DNA of 24,000 nucleotides, taken from NCBI GenBank assembly GCA_029257045.1, contig JARIDB010000068.1, positions 3,095 to 27,094 of the forward strand. The letters are read 5' to 3'. Positions 6,911-14,051 of the stretch are shown piece after piece. How positions within the stretch are numbered: position 1 is the first letter of the stretch; every line of letters starts with the position of its first letter. Both the position numbers and the translations under genes were made by a program. Source of the DNA: Clostridium sp. (GTDB taxonomy: Bacteria > Bacillota > Clostridia > Clostridiales > Clostridiaceae). The notes below the pieces were generated by a model. It was not told the origin of the DNA, did no database searches, and saw only the letters and a list, made by a program, of their open reading frames with translations.

Positions 6911-8363
6911 ATAATATATTAGATAAGTTATTTAATGGTTTACAACCATCTTTAAGATTAACTCCATCACTATAACCTTCTTCTCTATCCTTCAATTCTT
7001 TAATTAAACAATTTCTTAAATAAGTAATACGGTCTTTATGAGAAGGATCATTAATTAAATTATGCTCTTCTCTAGGATCTTCTTTAAGATTAAAGTACTG
7101 TTCTTCATTTTTTTCACTATACCATATAAATTTATCTGATTTTGTAACAATATACTGATTAGATAAATTAGAGTGAAAACTATGCTCTCCATGGATATAT
7201 TCACGATTATTTATTTCATCTCCACGAATTTCTGGAGCAAGTGAGAATCCATCAACACCTTCGGGAACTTCTATTCCAGCAAAATCTAAAATAGTAGGGA
7301 GAATATCTCTAAGTTCTGCAAGTGTATCACTTCTAAATGGTGACATATGTTTTATATTATCACCAACATGAATAATTAATGGAATATGAGTGCTTCCTTC
7401 ATATGGAAATGCCTTACGATATAAGTTGTTATCAAATAAAAGCTCACCGTGGTCTGATAAAAACAAAATAATTGAATTATCGTAGGTTCCATCTTCCATT
7501 AAAGAAGTAAGAAGTCTACCTATTTGATGATCAACATGGGTAATGCAAGCATAATATCCACACATAGCATCATGGCGAAGTTCTTCATCTTTGCATCCAT
7601 AAATTGAATCTTTTATGCTTCCATATTTTTCAGTAAGGCTAGGATCCACCCAATCTCCCTTTGCTGGTTCCCTTAAAGATTTATTTTTATATAAATCAAA
7701 GTAAGTTTGTGGTGCATCAAAAGGTTGATGAGGACGAACAAAGGAACTCATTAAAAAAAATGGTTTTGTACGATCTCTTGTTTTTAGAAAACGGATACTT
7801 TCATCTACTACCCAATTTGTAGGATGAAGTTTTTCTTCATAAATCCAAGGATGAGTAACCCAAGAATTACATTCAGGACCTGTTGCATTAAAGTCGGCAT
7901 GTTGCCCTTCTTTACCTTTTAAATAGTATAAGTAATCATCTGTTACTTCTTGATGTTGATAATGAGGTATAACACTATTTCTATAATGTCCTAAATATCC
8001 ATCATGTAGCTTTAAGTTATTAAATCCACAGGAAAGACGAGGAGGATGTACATGCATTTTACCAATACATTGTGTTTGGTAACCGCTATCAGATAGTTTC
8101 TGGGCAAGCATATGTTTATAGTTCCATGGAATTCCATCTTCATAACCAACACGTCCATGATTTATTTGACTTTTTCCAGTAAATAAAGCAGCTCTAGCAG
8201 GAATACAACTAGGACAGGCTGAGTATGTTCTATCAAAAGAGACACCTTTGGTGGCAAGTGTATCTAAGTAAGGAGTCTTTACATCTGGATGACCTTTAAA
8301 AGATAAAGCATCACCACGAAATTGGTCGCACATTAATAGTATAATATTTGGTTGTTTCATCAT
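6909..8363 (-). CDS. Cys-type sulfatase (formylglycine-dependent, S1 family), no signal peptide, so predicted cytoplasmic
   Basis: I trimmed the ORF-track ORF 6909..8633 to MMKQPNIILLMCDQFRGD. ATG codons at 8363 and 8360 follow the strong SD AAAGGGGA (8366..8373). The sulfatase signature SACPSCIPARAALFTGK contains C-x-P-x-R (Cys codon 8205..8207). Other family motifs are LLMCDQ, GKMH and LFLSDHGE. The upstream 90 codons are the translated 87-bp repeats, and no SD precedes 8633. Confidence 0.85.
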   Translation of the reverse strand: MMKQPNIILLMCDQFRGDALSFKGHPDVKTPYLDTLATKGVSFDRTYSACPSCIPARAALFTGKSQINHGRVGYEDGIPWNYKHMLAQKLSDSGYQTQCIGKMHVHPPRLSCGFNNLKLHDGYLGHYRNSVIPHYQHQEVTDDYLYYLKGKEGQHADFNATGPECNSWVTHPWIYEEKLHPTNWVVDESIRFLKTRDRTKPFFLMSSFVRPHQPFDAPQTYFDLYKNKSLREPAKGDWVDPSLTEKYGSIKDSIYGCKDEELRHDAMCGYYACITHVDHQIGRLLTSLMEDGTYDNSIILFLSDHGELLFDNNLYRKAFPYEGSTHIPLIIHVGDNIKHMSPFRSDTLAELRDILPTILDFAGIEVPEGVDGFSLAPEIRGDEINNREYIHGEHSFHSNLSNQYIVTKSDKFIWYSEKNEEQYFNLKEDPREEHNLINDPSHKDRITYLRNCLIKELKDREEGYSDGVNLKDGCKPLNNLSNIL

Positions 8364-8382
8364 AATCCCCTTTCTTGGCATT

Positions 8383-8552
8383 GAACACTTAGTGAACTCA
8401 AGTGTAGCGTAGAGTGAACTTAGTGTGAAAGCCCATCTACCGAATATATGAGGTAGATGTTCCTTATACGAACACTTAGTGAACTCAAGCGTAGCGTAAA
8501 GTGAACTTAGTGTGAAAGGCAATCTACCGAATTTATAAGGTAGATGTTCCTT
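8383..8552. repeat. Two tandem copies of an 87-bp structured repeat in the sulfatase 5' leader
   Basis: Unit 1 is 8383..8469 and unit 2 is 8470..~8552. By my hand alignment there are 6 mismatches in ~83 aligned nt. Each unit has the hairpin CATCTACC-N10-GGTAGAT(G/T) (e.g. 8434..8441/8452..8459). Each also has a second imperfect hairpin (ACACTTAGT/ACTTAGTGT arms) whose loop carries AAG(T/C)GTAGCGTA. Confidence 0.8.
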
Positions 8553-8696
8553 TAGCTTTATATTACAACCATAATAAGCTTTGCTTAACTTTTCTATAAC
8601 TTCATCGTTTTTATTAATTAGATATATATTCATTGAAGTTTAAAAAGTAACTTATAGATGTAATTTTTTTAAGTATATCACTATTTATTCATAAGA

Positions 8697-8852
8697 ATTA
8701 CATTATTAATTTAAGAATAACAATATATATATAAAATAACACAATATCATTATGTGAATAACGTTTACAGTAGGTTATACTACAAATGAAAATAAATATA
8801 ATACAAACAAATATAAGAAAATATAAAATATTTAAAGGGGGAAAAGAGAATT
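8697..8852 (+). promoter_or_regulatory. Promoter/5' leader copy B upstream of the solute-binding protein gene; paralogous to 1160..1320
   Basis: See copy A. The candidate promoter here is TTATTA(8703..8708)-17-TATATA(8726..8731), and the conserved core AACGTTTAC is at 8760..8768. The spurious antisense ORFs 1161..1562 and 8780..9049 both contain FSPFK[HY]FIFSY, which independently shows the duplication. Confidence 0.6.
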
Positions 8853-10193
8853 ATGAAAAAATTATTATGTATGTCATTAGTAGCTCTTATGGCTACAACT
8901 ACACTTGTTGGATGTGGATCTAAAACAGAAAAACCAAATGCTACTGAAGGTAATAAAAGAGTTTTAAAGGTTGCTGCCTTCGAAGGTGGAAACGGAAGAG
9001 CAATATGGGAAAACCTTGAAAAGGATTTTGAAGCTGCAAATAAAGACATAGATGTTCAATTACAACTTTCATCAAAATTAGATGAGGAATTACGTCCTCA
9101 AATGCAAAATGGAGAATACCCAGATGTAGTTTACTATAATATGGGACAAAAGAGTGGGTTCACTGAAACAATGATTAAAGAAGAAGCTTTATTAGATATT
9201 TCAGATGTATTTACAGGTGAATTAAAAGAAAAGTTAGCTGATGGATTTGCTGAGAACGCAATTACTCAACCATATGGAGATGGAAAAACTTATTTAGCTC
9301 CAGTATTCTATTCACCAACAGGATTATGGTATGACGGATCTAAATTTGAAGAAGGAAAAGCACCAGCTACATGGGATGAAATGTGGGCATATGGTGATAA
9401 ATTAAAAGGAGAAGGTAAAGCGTTATTTACTTATCCTCAATCAGGATACTTAGATGGAACATTATTTGCAATGTTATATCAAGCTGGTAATGCAGATTAC
9501 TACAAAAAAGCATTAGAATATGATGCTAATACTTGGAACTCAAAAGAGGGACAACTAGTAATAGATACAGTTTCTAAATTGGCTGGATATACTTGGGATG
9601 CAACTGTAGCAAATGCAAATAGTGATGGTGGATTTAAGAAAAATCAACAATCTGTAATAGATGGTGATGCAGCATTTATGCCTAATGGAAACTGGGTAGT
9701 TGGAGAAATGGCTGAGTCAACTCCAGAAAACTTTAAATGGGGATTTATGCCTTTACCAGCATATGAAAAAGGTGGAGACCGTTATGCTTATACATTCTTT
9801 GAACAAGTTTGGGCACCAAAAGAAGCTAAAAATCCAGAGGATGCTAAAGAATTTATCAAATTTTTATATTCAGATACAGCAATTGATATTATGTTAAAAA
9901 ATGAAGTGACAAATAAAGAAGGAAAAGTAGTTCCATCACCAGTTGTTCAACCGGTTAAAGGAATCGTTGAAAAACTTGATGGAGATATGAAGCTGTTCTA
10001 TAGTATTTATGAAACAGAAGGAGTATTACCAGCATTAGGAAACTGGGCTACAACAGATACAATTGAAGGATTAGACTTTAAGAAAGATGTATATGGAGCA
10101 ATGGATTCATTAGTTGATAGATCAATGACTGCTGATGGGTGGAAAGCTCAATTAAATGAAACATTTGCAAAATGTAAGGCAGCACTTAAGTAG
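8853..10193 (+). CDS. ABC transporter extracellular solute-binding lipoprotein (family 1, sugar-binding)
   Basis: 446 aa. The lipoprotein signal is MKKLLCMSLVALMATTTLVGC (lipobox LVGC). Size and composition are typical of CUT1 sugar-binding proteins. It is the presumed partner of the permeases at 1321..3112, based on the shared leader. Confidence 0.8.
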   Translation: MKKLLCMSLVALMATTTLVGCGSKTEKPNATEGNKRVLKVAAFEGGNGRAIWENLEKDFEAANKDIDVQLQLSSKLDEELRPQMQNGEYPDVVYYNMGQKSGFTETMIKEEALLDISDVFTGELKEKLADGFAENAITQPYGDGKTYLAPVFYSPTGLWYDGSKFEEGKAPATWDEMWAYGDKLKGEGKALFTYPQSGYLDGTLFAMLYQAGNADYYKKALEYDANTWNSKEGQLVIDTVSKLAGYTWDATVANANSDGGFKKNQQSVIDGDAAFMPNGNWVVGEMAESTPENFKWGFMPLPAYEKGGDRYAYTFFEQVWAPKEAKNPEDAKEFIKFLYSDTAIDIMLKNEVTNKEGKVVPSPVVQPVKGIVEKLDGDMKLFYSIYETEGVLPALGNWATTDTIEGLDFKKDVYGAMDSLVDRSMTADGWKAQLNETFAKCKAALK

Positions 10194-10207
10194 TTAAAAT
10201 AAGTTAT

Positions 10208-10246
10208 AAAGGGTGAATTAGTATAATTCACCCTTTATTTTTATTT
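10208..10246 (+). terminator. Rho-independent terminator after the binding-protein gene
   Basis: The stem is AAAGGGTGAATT(10208..10219)/AATTCACCCTTT(10225..10236) with loop AGTAT, followed by ATTTTTATTT. Confidence 0.8.
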
Positions 10247-10365
10247 GTATAGATATTTAATATAAACATAGTTCTAATCCTTCTATATTTTTTTAGATAG
10301 TGGATGTATAATGGAATAAGTTATAAATTACTTAGTATGGTGAGGAAGAGGGGTAATATCTAAAA

Positions 10366-10983
10366 ATGATATTTTTAAAAGGAATTATTATTGGTATGTT
10401 CGTTAGTTTTCCAGTTGGTCCATTAGGATTATTAGGGATACAAAGAACTATAAGTAAAGGGTGGAAGCTTGGCTTTTTATCTGGAGTTGGTGCAGCTGTA
10501 TCAGACTTAATATACTCTTCTATTGCTGTATTAGGGATAAGCTTTATTGAGGGGTTTCTAAATAAAAATAGATACCTAATTAACGAGATAACTGGAATAT
10601 TATTTTTAATTGTTGGAATTAACATAATTATGAGCGGAATAGAAAAAGGTAAAGTTAAGGACGTTAATAAAGAAGAATCAATGCATCCATTTTTCATTCA
10701 TTTCTTATTGGGATTATCAAATCCAATGACATTTATTATATTTTTTACAATATTCACAAGAACAGGTATAAGTGTTGATAATGGTGGCATGATACAAAAT
10801 ATAATGTTTGTTATATCAATCCTTATAGGCTCTTGTCTTATCTGGTTGATAACAACTAACATAATTGAAAGAACAAAAAAAAGACTTAAATTTGAAAGCT
10901 TTATATTTATGGATAAAATAATTGGAACTATTATTGTTTTATTTGGAGTCTTTAGTGTATTAAAAGGGTTAATAAGATTTTAA
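10366..10983 (+). CDS. LysE/RhtB-family amino-acid exporter
   Basis: 205 aa with about six TM helices. The N-terminus GIIIGMFVSFPVGPLGLL matches the family's conserved PxGP start region. Confidence 0.65.
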   Translation: MIFLKGIIIGMFVSFPVGPLGLLGIQRTISKGWKLGFLSGVGAAVSDLIYSSIAVLGISFIEGFLNKNRYLINEITGILFLIVGINIIMSGIEKGKVKDVNKEESMHPFFIHFLLGLSNPMTFIIFFTIFTRTGISVDNGGMIQNIMFVISILIGSCLIWLITTNIIERTKKRLKFESFIFMDKIIGTIIVLFGVFSVLKGLIRF

Positions 10984-11073
10984 TAAGTATGTAGTTAACC
11001 TTATGATTTTAAAAACTAATTATATATAGTTTACCTAATTTAAATATAAAAGTTAGTATAATATTAAAAAAAC

Positions 11074-11161
11074 TATATTAAACCTAGCAAAAAGCAATAT
11101 TAAATGCCTCTGTCAAGTAGATAGGAGTCAGTTTAATGTGAGTAATGCTAGGTTTAATATA
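11074..11161. repeat. 16-bp perfect inverted repeat with a 56-nt spacer between convergent genes
   Basis: The arms are TATATTAAACCTAGCA (11074..11089) and TGCTAGGTTTAATATA (11146..11161). No adjacent U-tract is present. Confidence 0.5.
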
Positions 11162-11185
11162 TTAGCTGTTTTTCTAAAAACCTTT

Positions 11186-12085
11186 TTATTTATTTAACAT
11201 TTTTAATAATCTTAAATAATGGTTAGCTTCACGCAAAACATGATCTGCTAGTAGTGGAGGTATAATAGATTTAATCTTACACTGCAATAATCCTTGTATA
11301 GCTGCCATTTTATAATTTTTAAATTCTTCTGTGTATTCTAAGCTATCTTTAATAATCTTTCTATTAGCAACTTCGATACATTCTTTTACTAAATCTTCAA
11401 ATTCTTCTATAAAGTTTTCTGCAGTTTTCTTAAGATCCTTTTCAGTTGGGTCTAGCATTCCATTAATAAATTCTCCATGGTCTTCCATTGTATGATTCCA
11501 GAAATTAATGTCTTCACATAAAGATTTCTCTGGAAGATTTTTATTTTTAAGAGCCTCTAATATCTCAAGATAATATTCTGCTTCATTAATAGTATGCTCT
11601 AAAAGATGGGGATACAAAGTAATAAATATTTTACAATTTAAAGAAAGACTTAATAACTTCTTTTTAAAAGCAATTACTTCTTTAAGTAAAGTATAAGACT
11701 TACAATTTAAATTATATATTATATCTTCTAAATCATTACAAGAATAAAGATCTAAAGAACTAGATAATTTAAGTTCAGATTTAGTTAAGTCTGTATTAAT
11801 ACTAGCTCCAGTTAATTTCGAAGTAACTTCCTCAGCTTTTAAGGTATAAGGAGTAACGAATTCATTTGATTCAATAGTGCATTTAGATAAAGAGCCATTA
11901 GCATAAGATATAGTTTCAGCTAAAAGTTTTTCAAAGCCATCCTTTAACATTTTAGATTGTAAAATATAGTTACTTTCCACTGGTTGCAAATTTGTTTCTA
12001 TTAGAAATAAATGTTCTTTTATAATTCTTTGAAAAAAAAGATTTATTTCAATAGAAAATTTAATAAAATCATTTTTTGATAACAA
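11186..12085 (-). CDS. DUF2935-like protein (two-repeat helical, hemerythrin-like fold family), function unknown
   Basis: 299 aa, TTG start with an AGAGGGA SD. The internal duplication is marked by NLFFQRIIKEHLFLIE in one half and NFWNHTMEDHGEFINGMLDP / HVLREANHYLRLL in the other, which I recall as characteristic of DUF2935. This has not been verified by search. Confidence 0.55.
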   Translation of the reverse strand: MLSKNDFIKFSIEINLFFQRIIKEHLFLIETNLQPVESNYILQSKMLKDGFEKLLAETISYANGSLSKCTIESNEFVTPYTLKAEEVTSKLTGASINTDLTKSELKLSSSLDLYSCNDLEDIIYNLNCKSYTLLKEVIAFKKKLLSLSLNCKIFITLYPHLLEHTINEAEYYLEILEALKNKNLPEKSLCEDINFWNHTMEDHGEFINGMLDPTEKDLKKTAENFIEEFEDLVKECIEVANRKIIKDSLEYTEEFKNYKMAAIQGLLQCKIKSIIPPLLADHVLREANHYLRLLKMLNK

Positions 12086-12181
12086 AATATTCCCTCTTTC
12101 ATCATAGTACTCAATTACTATAATAGATAAATGGTACTAAAAGTGTTACTAAATAAAGGTTTATAATATTGGAATACATAT

Positions 12182-12219
12182 TGTAACAAAATCACAAAGG
12201 TTCTGTAATTTTGTTACAG
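12182..12219. promoter_or_regulatory. 11-bp perfect inverted repeat TGTAACAAAAT-N15-ATTTTGTTACA in the divergent DUF2935/ferredoxin intergenic region
   Basis: The arms are 12182..12192 and 12208..12218. A nested CTGTAA-N5-TTACAG lies at 12203..12219. The right arm overlaps a possible -35 (TTGTTA 12211..12216, 17 nt, TATATA 12234..12239) for the ferredoxin operon. Confidence 0.45.
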
Positions 12220-12278
12220 TCCAAATTGATATCTATATATATGATATAAAATAGACTTATCTATTTAGGAGGAATACT

Positions 12279-12497
12279 GTGAATACTGTAAACAAAAAGG
12301 TAATTAGAAAAAAGGCTTATGTTGATACTAAATATTGTGTTGCATGCGGTGCATGCCAAAAGAACTGTCCATTTGAAGCTATTTCTATATATAAAGGAAT
12401 GTTTGCAAAGGTAGATTTAGATAAATGTGTTGGATGTTCTAAATGTGCTAAGGCTTGCCCAGCATCTACTATTGAAATAAAAACGGAGGGAAATTAA
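12279..12497 (+). CDS. 2x[4Fe-4S] ferredoxin-like protein
   Basis: 72 aa, GTG start 7 nt after AGGAGG. It has two CxxCxxCxxxCP motifs (CVACGACQKNCP and CVGCSKCAKACP). Confidence 0.85.
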   Translation: MNTVNKKVIRKKAYVDTKYCVACGACQKNCPFEAISIYKGMFAKVDLDKCVGCSKCAKACPASTIEIKTEGN

Positions 12498-12499
12498 AT

Positions 12500-13078
12500 A
12501 TGAAAAAGAAGAAGAAAAGGAATTGGTATGATTACCTTTGGATTGCTACTATATTATATTTAACTCTTGGGTTATTTAATATTTTATTTGCTTGGCTTGG
12601 ATTAATATGTTTTATAGTTCCTTTAATAATAAGCTTTACTAAAAAAGATAAAGCTTATTGCAATAAGTATTGCGGAAGAGGACAACTATTAGAATTAATG
12701 GGTTCAAAGTTTTCAAGGAATAAACCAATGCCAAAGTTTTTAAAAACATCATGGTTTAGATATGGATTTTTAATATTCTTTATGTCTATGTTTGTTAATA
12801 TGATATTTAGTACCTATTTAGTCTTTGAAGGAACTAATAGCTTAAAAGAAGTAATTACTCTTATTTGGACATTTAAAGTTACTTGGAAGTTTAATGAGTT
12901 ATCAAATATAACTCCTTGGGTTGCACAATTTTCCTTTGGTTTTTACAGTATGATGCTTACATCTACAATACTTGGAATTATTACAATGCTTCTATATAAA
13001 CCTAAATCATGGTGTGTATATTGCCCTATGGGTACAATGACTCAAAGGATATGTATTGTTAAAGAAAAGTTAAAATAA
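12500..13078 (+). CDS. Membrane-bound 4Fe-4S-binding protein (NapH/NosR-like Fer4_5-type Cys motifs)
   Basis: 192 aa with about 4 TM helices. The Cys motifs are YCNKYCGRGQ and WCVYCPMGT (CxxCPxG). The ATG is 2 nt after the ferredoxin stop and has a GGAGGG SD. Confidence 0.55.
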   Translation: MKKKKKRNWYDYLWIATILYLTLGLFNILFAWLGLICFIVPLIISFTKKDKAYCNKYCGRGQLLELMGSKFSRNKPMPKFLKTSWFRYGFLIFFMSMFVNMIFSTYLVFEGTNSLKEVITLIWTFKVTWKFNELSNITPWVAQFSFGFYSMMLTSTILGIITMLLYKPKSWCVYCPMGTMTQRICIVKEKLK

Positions 13079-13091
13079 AGTAATTATATAA

Positions 13092-13139
13092 GTACCCTAT
13101 CCTTAAAGTTTTATCTAAAGGATGGGGTACTTTCAATTT
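13092..13139 (+). terminator. Rho-independent terminator after the ferredoxin/membrane Fe-S pair
   Basis: The stem is GTACCCTATCCTT(13092..13104)/AAGGATGGGGTAC(13118..13130), 13 bp including one G-U pair, followed by TTTCAATTT. Confidence 0.7.
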
Positions 13140-13206
13140 ACATAAATCTTACCTCTTGATCATTAATAGAAATATAAAGAATTAAATATATTTAATTTAA
13201 TAAAAA

Positions 13207-13267
13207 TTGACAAATATAATAAAAAAACTTAATATTGAATAAATAATACAAAGAGGACATATGTCCT
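13207..13267 (+). promoter_or_regulatory. Near-consensus sigma-A promoter followed by the 14-bp perfect palindrome AGGACATATGTCCT, upstream of the Crp/Fnr-GRE operon
   Basis: The promoter is TTGACA(13207..13212)-17 nt-TAATAT(13230..13235). The palindrome is at 13254..13267, just downstream of the expected transcription start, and the half-site GAGGACAT is repeated at 13281..13288. Confidence 0.6.
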
Positions 13268-13314
13268 TTTTAATGTAAACGAGGACATGATATTATAAAA
13301 GCGAGGTAAATGAT

Positions 13315-14019
13315 TTGAGACGTAAGATATTAAAAGAAATAGAAAAGATTCCAAATTCTAATAGTGAATATTTTAAACAGTTACTTCAAAATGACACATT
13401 AAACTATTGTAAGGTTATAACAATAGAAGTTGGAACAAGATTTGTAACTTCAAAGGAAGATGTAAATAAGATCTGGATACTTTTATTAGGTAAAGTTAGA
13501 GCCTTAGAAGAGTATACTAGCGGAGATATTTATATATTCCAGAGGTTTGTTGCCCCGGAAGTGTTTGGGGAAATGGAAGCATTAGCTGAAATACCACACT
13601 TTAGAGCTTCATTAATAGCAGAAACAAAATGTGTATTTATTACTCTTCCAGTTATTCTATATTTGAATTTTTTGAAAGATAATTCAGAATTCCTATATAA
13701 AAGAACTCAATCTACGTTAAAGCGGGTTTTAGATGAAGAACGAGATAATAGAATATACCTTATGCTAAAGGGAATTGATAGAGTAAAAATGTATTTTATT
13801 CAACATTATGAAATAAGTGAAGTAGAAGGAATTTGTATCTTGAGAATTACAAGGCAACATATAGCTGATGAAACTGGATATTCTCTTAAAACAATAAATC
13901 GAGTTTTGAAAAGTCTAAAGGAACAAAAGTTTTTAGATACTGTAGGTCAAAAGATATTAATTACGGAAAATCAATACATAAAGATGATAGAAAGTATAGA
14001 AGAAATAAAAAAGTGTTAA
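13315..14019 (+). CDS. Crp/Fnr-family transcriptional regulator (cNMP-binding-like effector domain plus C-terminal HTH)
   Basis: 234 aa, TTG start 7 nt after GAGGT. The effector-domain motif is FGEMEAL and the C-terminal HTH is RQHIADETGYSLKTINRVLKSLKEQKFL. There is no N-terminal Cys cluster, so it is not a classical Fe-S FNR. Confidence 0.8.
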   Translation: MRRKILKEIEKIPNSNSEYFKQLLQNDTLNYCKVITIEVGTRFVTSKEDVNKIWILLLGKVRALEEYTSGDIYIFQRFVAPEVFGEMEALAEIPHFRASLIAETKCVFITLPVILYLNFLKDNSEFLYKRTQSTLKRVLDEERDNRIYLMLKGIDRVKMYFIQHYEISEVEGICILRITRQHIADETGYSLKTINRVLKSLKEQKFLDTVGQKILITENQYIKMIESIEEIKKC

Positions 14020-14051
14020 TAATTAATAATATAAAAAGGGAGTTATGGTAA

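Noticed and set aside
8383-8552. Possibility that the tandem repeats are a CRISPR array
   Set aside because: There are only two units. They are directly abutting with no spacers, are 87 bp long, and no cas genes are nearby.
8364-8633. The N-terminal 90 codons of the ORF-track 574-aa 'sulfatase' ORF (MNIYLINKND...TKCSMPRKGI)
   Set aside because: This stretch is the translated 87-bp tandem repeats plus AT-rich leader. No SD precedes the ATG at 8633, whereas a strong AAAGGGGA SD precedes MMKQPNIILLMCDQ, where sulfatase homology begins. I treat it as non-coding leader.
13180-13197. 18-bp perfect palindrome AATTAAATATATTTAATT just upstream of the -35 of the Crp/Fnr-GRE promoter
   Set aside because: It consists only of A/T in a very AT-rich genome, where such palindromes arise readily by chance. 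It could be an UP-like element, but there is no specific support.
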